A stretch of 64,000 nucleotides of DNA from contig CM075993.1 in the NCBI GenBank assembly GCA_038087875.1, forward strand, positions 7,318,001-7,382,000, written 5' to 3'. Below, one piece after another: positions 60,946 to 64,000 of the stretch. The translations under genes were made by a program, and so were the position numbers. Every line of letters begins with the position of its first letter. Within the stretch, counting starts at the first letter, position 1. The notes beneath the pieces were generated by a model. It did no database searches. It saw only the letters and a list, made by a program, of their open reading frames with translations, and had not been told where the DNA came from. Source of the DNA: Malacoraja senta (lineage: Eukaryota).

Positions 60946-63454
60946 CTGTATCTATTGATCTTCATGCTATGATCTCCCCACCCTATGAAACCATGTATCA
61001 GTAATTGCAGAAGATTAACAGATTACTGGGTGATACCCAGCACAGAAAAGTCTTTAAAGCAGTAAATGACACAGCGGTAGACACAAAATGCTGGAGTAAC
61101 TCAGTGGGACAGGCAGCAACTCTGGGGAGAAGGAATGGGTGACGTTTCGAGTCTCGACCCGAAACATCATAAGTCTGAAGAAGGGTCTCGACCCAAAACG
61201 ACACCCATTGCTTCTCTCCAGAGATGCTGCCTGCCCCGCTGAGTTAATCCAGCATTTTGTGTCTGTCTTCGATTTAAACCAGGACCTGCAGTTCTTTAAT
61301 AATAACTTACTATAGCTCTGTGACTTGGTCACTTAGAACAGGGCTGTTCGAGAAGCTCATTCACTGTCTGGATACTAGAATATTAACTGTAACAGCAAAG
61401 GGACCAGTGAAGTCAAGGTCTATTTTAAAGACATGGAACTCCAGGATGATGATCAGTGTTGCATTAGTTTGCATTCTGCAAATTTATAATTAGGCTCACT
61501 AGTTTCTAATGTCAGATGGTGTACCTTAAAATACCCCAGCGTTTCCGCAACTTGTTTCCTCAGACGTTTTTTTCCATTGAAAGGAATATTTGAATTTCTG
61601 GGCCGTTCCCAACTTTTAAAGAAACAGTCGTATTCTCTAGAAATCCAGGAAAGGTTCCTCGAGGCTGCGGAACGGGGAACCCGCCAGAGGAACCTGAAGG
61701 CACGAGGGACCGCGGTACTGGGAGGGTGTGCGCTGGAGACGACGGACGCGAGGAGCAAGGGCCGGGAGGTGGGTGAACCACGGTAATGTCTCCCGCACTT
61801 TCAAGGCCTGTCAAGGCCAGTCAAAGGCCTGCAGGAGCCTGACGTTTACCAGGATCGGGAACTGCTCCGGTAGACCAAGTGCGTGGGCTGACCGGACTTT
61901 GGAAATGGCATCAAAATATGGTGGCGCCTGCATGTGTAAATATGCTAAAAGAATTTCACGTTGCAGCTGCACATGTGACAAACGGAACACCATTGACCAT
62001 TGAGAATGCAAGGAATTCCACTTTTGAACTACATGCAAGATTTTGTGGATAGCCACAAAAAGCTGGAGTAACTCAGCGGGACAGGCAGCATCTATGGAGA
62101 GAAGGAATGAGTGACGTTTCGGGTCGAGACTCTTCTTCAGACTAATTAGGGAAAAGGGAAATGAGAGATATAGACGATGATGTAGAGAGATAAAGAACAA
62201 TGAATAAAGGATATGCAAAGATTTTGGGGATTTGGGGAAGGGCCGACCTCCTTTGTCTGGATCGGTCCTTGATTTTGTGGATTTGTCTTTAGATCCAAGA
62301 GAGCAAGGCAGAAACGGTCTCCAGAGATTTGGGTCAGCCCTGTCTTAGTTGAGAAGATTGTGGATTCAGCTCCCACTCTAAAGAGGATAATGTTCCATTG
62401 CATTGCTCAGGGATGGCTGGAATATGAAGTCCCATCTTCCACACAGCACTTTAAATCACGGTGACCATTGAAGGTGCCATCTACCCAGTATTCTAACCAA
62501 CATTTCCATTTACCAGGACCAGTAAAATAAGCTATCTGGTCACAGGCTGTTTCTGGGAATTACTTGTTCAATGCAGGCCATCCGAATTACAGAAGTAACC
62601 ACACTGTGAAGAGAGCTTCCTCTCTGTGATTATGTCTTGGAAGTTCCTTCTTTGCTCATTGATCAACCAAGACTTAAAGTCCAGTGAAACAAATTGGTTC
62701 AAGTATGAAAAGTTAAGACGGCCAGTTGCAAAGACAGGAGGCTCCATCAGCATGGTCTGCTTCAAAACAGTCTCCCACTCATCCAAACGCTACTGGACCA
62801 GCTACATAAATATTGTATGAAGTAGGGTCTCGAGCCGAAAGGTCACCCATTCCTTCTCTCCAGAGATGCTGCCTGTCCCGCTGAGTTACTCCAGCTTTTT
62901 GTGTCTATCTTCGGTTTAAACCAGTATTTGCAGTTCCGTCCTATACATAAATACTGTGGCCACAGGAGCAGGAAGGGGTGGTGAGAGACGGAACACTTGA
63001 CATCCCAAGCCTTCGGAGTAGACAGATGGGCCGAATGGCCTAATTCTGTTCCTAGGACTTATGAACTCCACCATTTCCAAGGCACACATCAGGATCATGT
63101 GTGAATCAACCACCTTACCTGAATCAACCACCTTAAATATTTATTCCATCCACCCTCCGCAAGGAAGGGCTGCAGTTTTATCTCCCACACCCATCTCTTC
63201 CAACATAAAGGAAGAAAAGGGTTACAGTTGTGTAGAAAGACTATCACTGATAGATTCCTTCACCGTCAACAATTATAAATCCCAGAACTCCCTTTCCAAC
63301 AGCACGAGGGGGTATTTTACCACGAAGGCTGCAGTCCTAGAAGGTCCCAAGATCTTCCCCACCACAAATTTAGATGGAAATCACCAAGCAAAGGAAAAAC
63401 CACTTCAGTATTTACAACCATACTTCATAGGGTCCCTCAGCCTCAGAGGGCGAT

Positions 63455-64000
63455 AGAGGCCGGTTCTCTGGATACTTTCAAGAGAGAGCTAGATTGGGCT
63501 CTTAAAGATAGCGGAGTCAGGGGATATGGGGAGAAGGCAGGAACGGGGTACTGATTGGGGATGATCAGCCATGATCACATTGAATGGTTAAGAAGGGCCG
63601 AATGGCCTACTCCTGCACCTATTGTCTATTGACCCGAAACGTCAGATATCCACGCTCTCCAGAATTGCTGCCTTTCTCCAGAAAGTAAGCATGCAGGTAC
63701 AGCAGGCAGTGAAGAAAGCAAATGGCATGTTGGCCTTCATAGCAAGAGGATTTGAGTATAGGAGCAAGGAGGTCCTACTGCAGTTGTACAGGGCCCAGGT
63801 GAGACCGCACCTAGAGTATTGTATGCAGCTTTGGTCTCCTAGTTTGAGGAAGGACATTGTTGCCAATGAGGGAGTGCAGCGTAAGTTCACGAGGTTAATT
63901 CCTGGGATGGCGAGACTGACATATGATGAAAGAATGGATCAACTGGGCTTTTATTCACTAGAATTTAGAAGGATGAAAGGGAATCTGATAGAAACATATT
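63455..64000 (+). mobile_element. CR1 LINE fragments
   Basis: 3' UTR piece 63455-63630 and RT C-terminal piece 63682-64000. Confidence 0.85.

Overview
Repeat-rich vertebrate genomic DNA. The HE1-like V-SINEs and HER1/CR1 LINEs point to a cartilaginous fish, probably a skate or ray (inference). Two genes are present. (1) An intronless cholesterol 25-hydroxylase-like gene (+, 6153-6960) has a TATA box and four single-base frameshifts but no nonsense codons. Its stop-codon region is amplified into a minisatellite. (2) The 3' half of casein kinase 1 gamma 1 (CSNK1G1, minus strand) has seven exons between 59369 and 11427, including a 114-nt cassette exon and a 24-nt micro-exon. Its canonical terminal exon is not visible and may lie in the 200-N gap (9113-9312). 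The rest is a nested mosaic of transposons: CR1, L1 and Rex1/Babar LINE pieces, V-SINEs, Penelope-like elements and fold-back derivatives carrying a minimal hammerhead-ribozyme motif, a full-length Passport-like Tc1, a hAT element, seven Harbinger-type MITEs, Helitrons and a polyadenylated U2 snRNA retrocopy. Repeat-family names come from recalled consensus features, not database searches.
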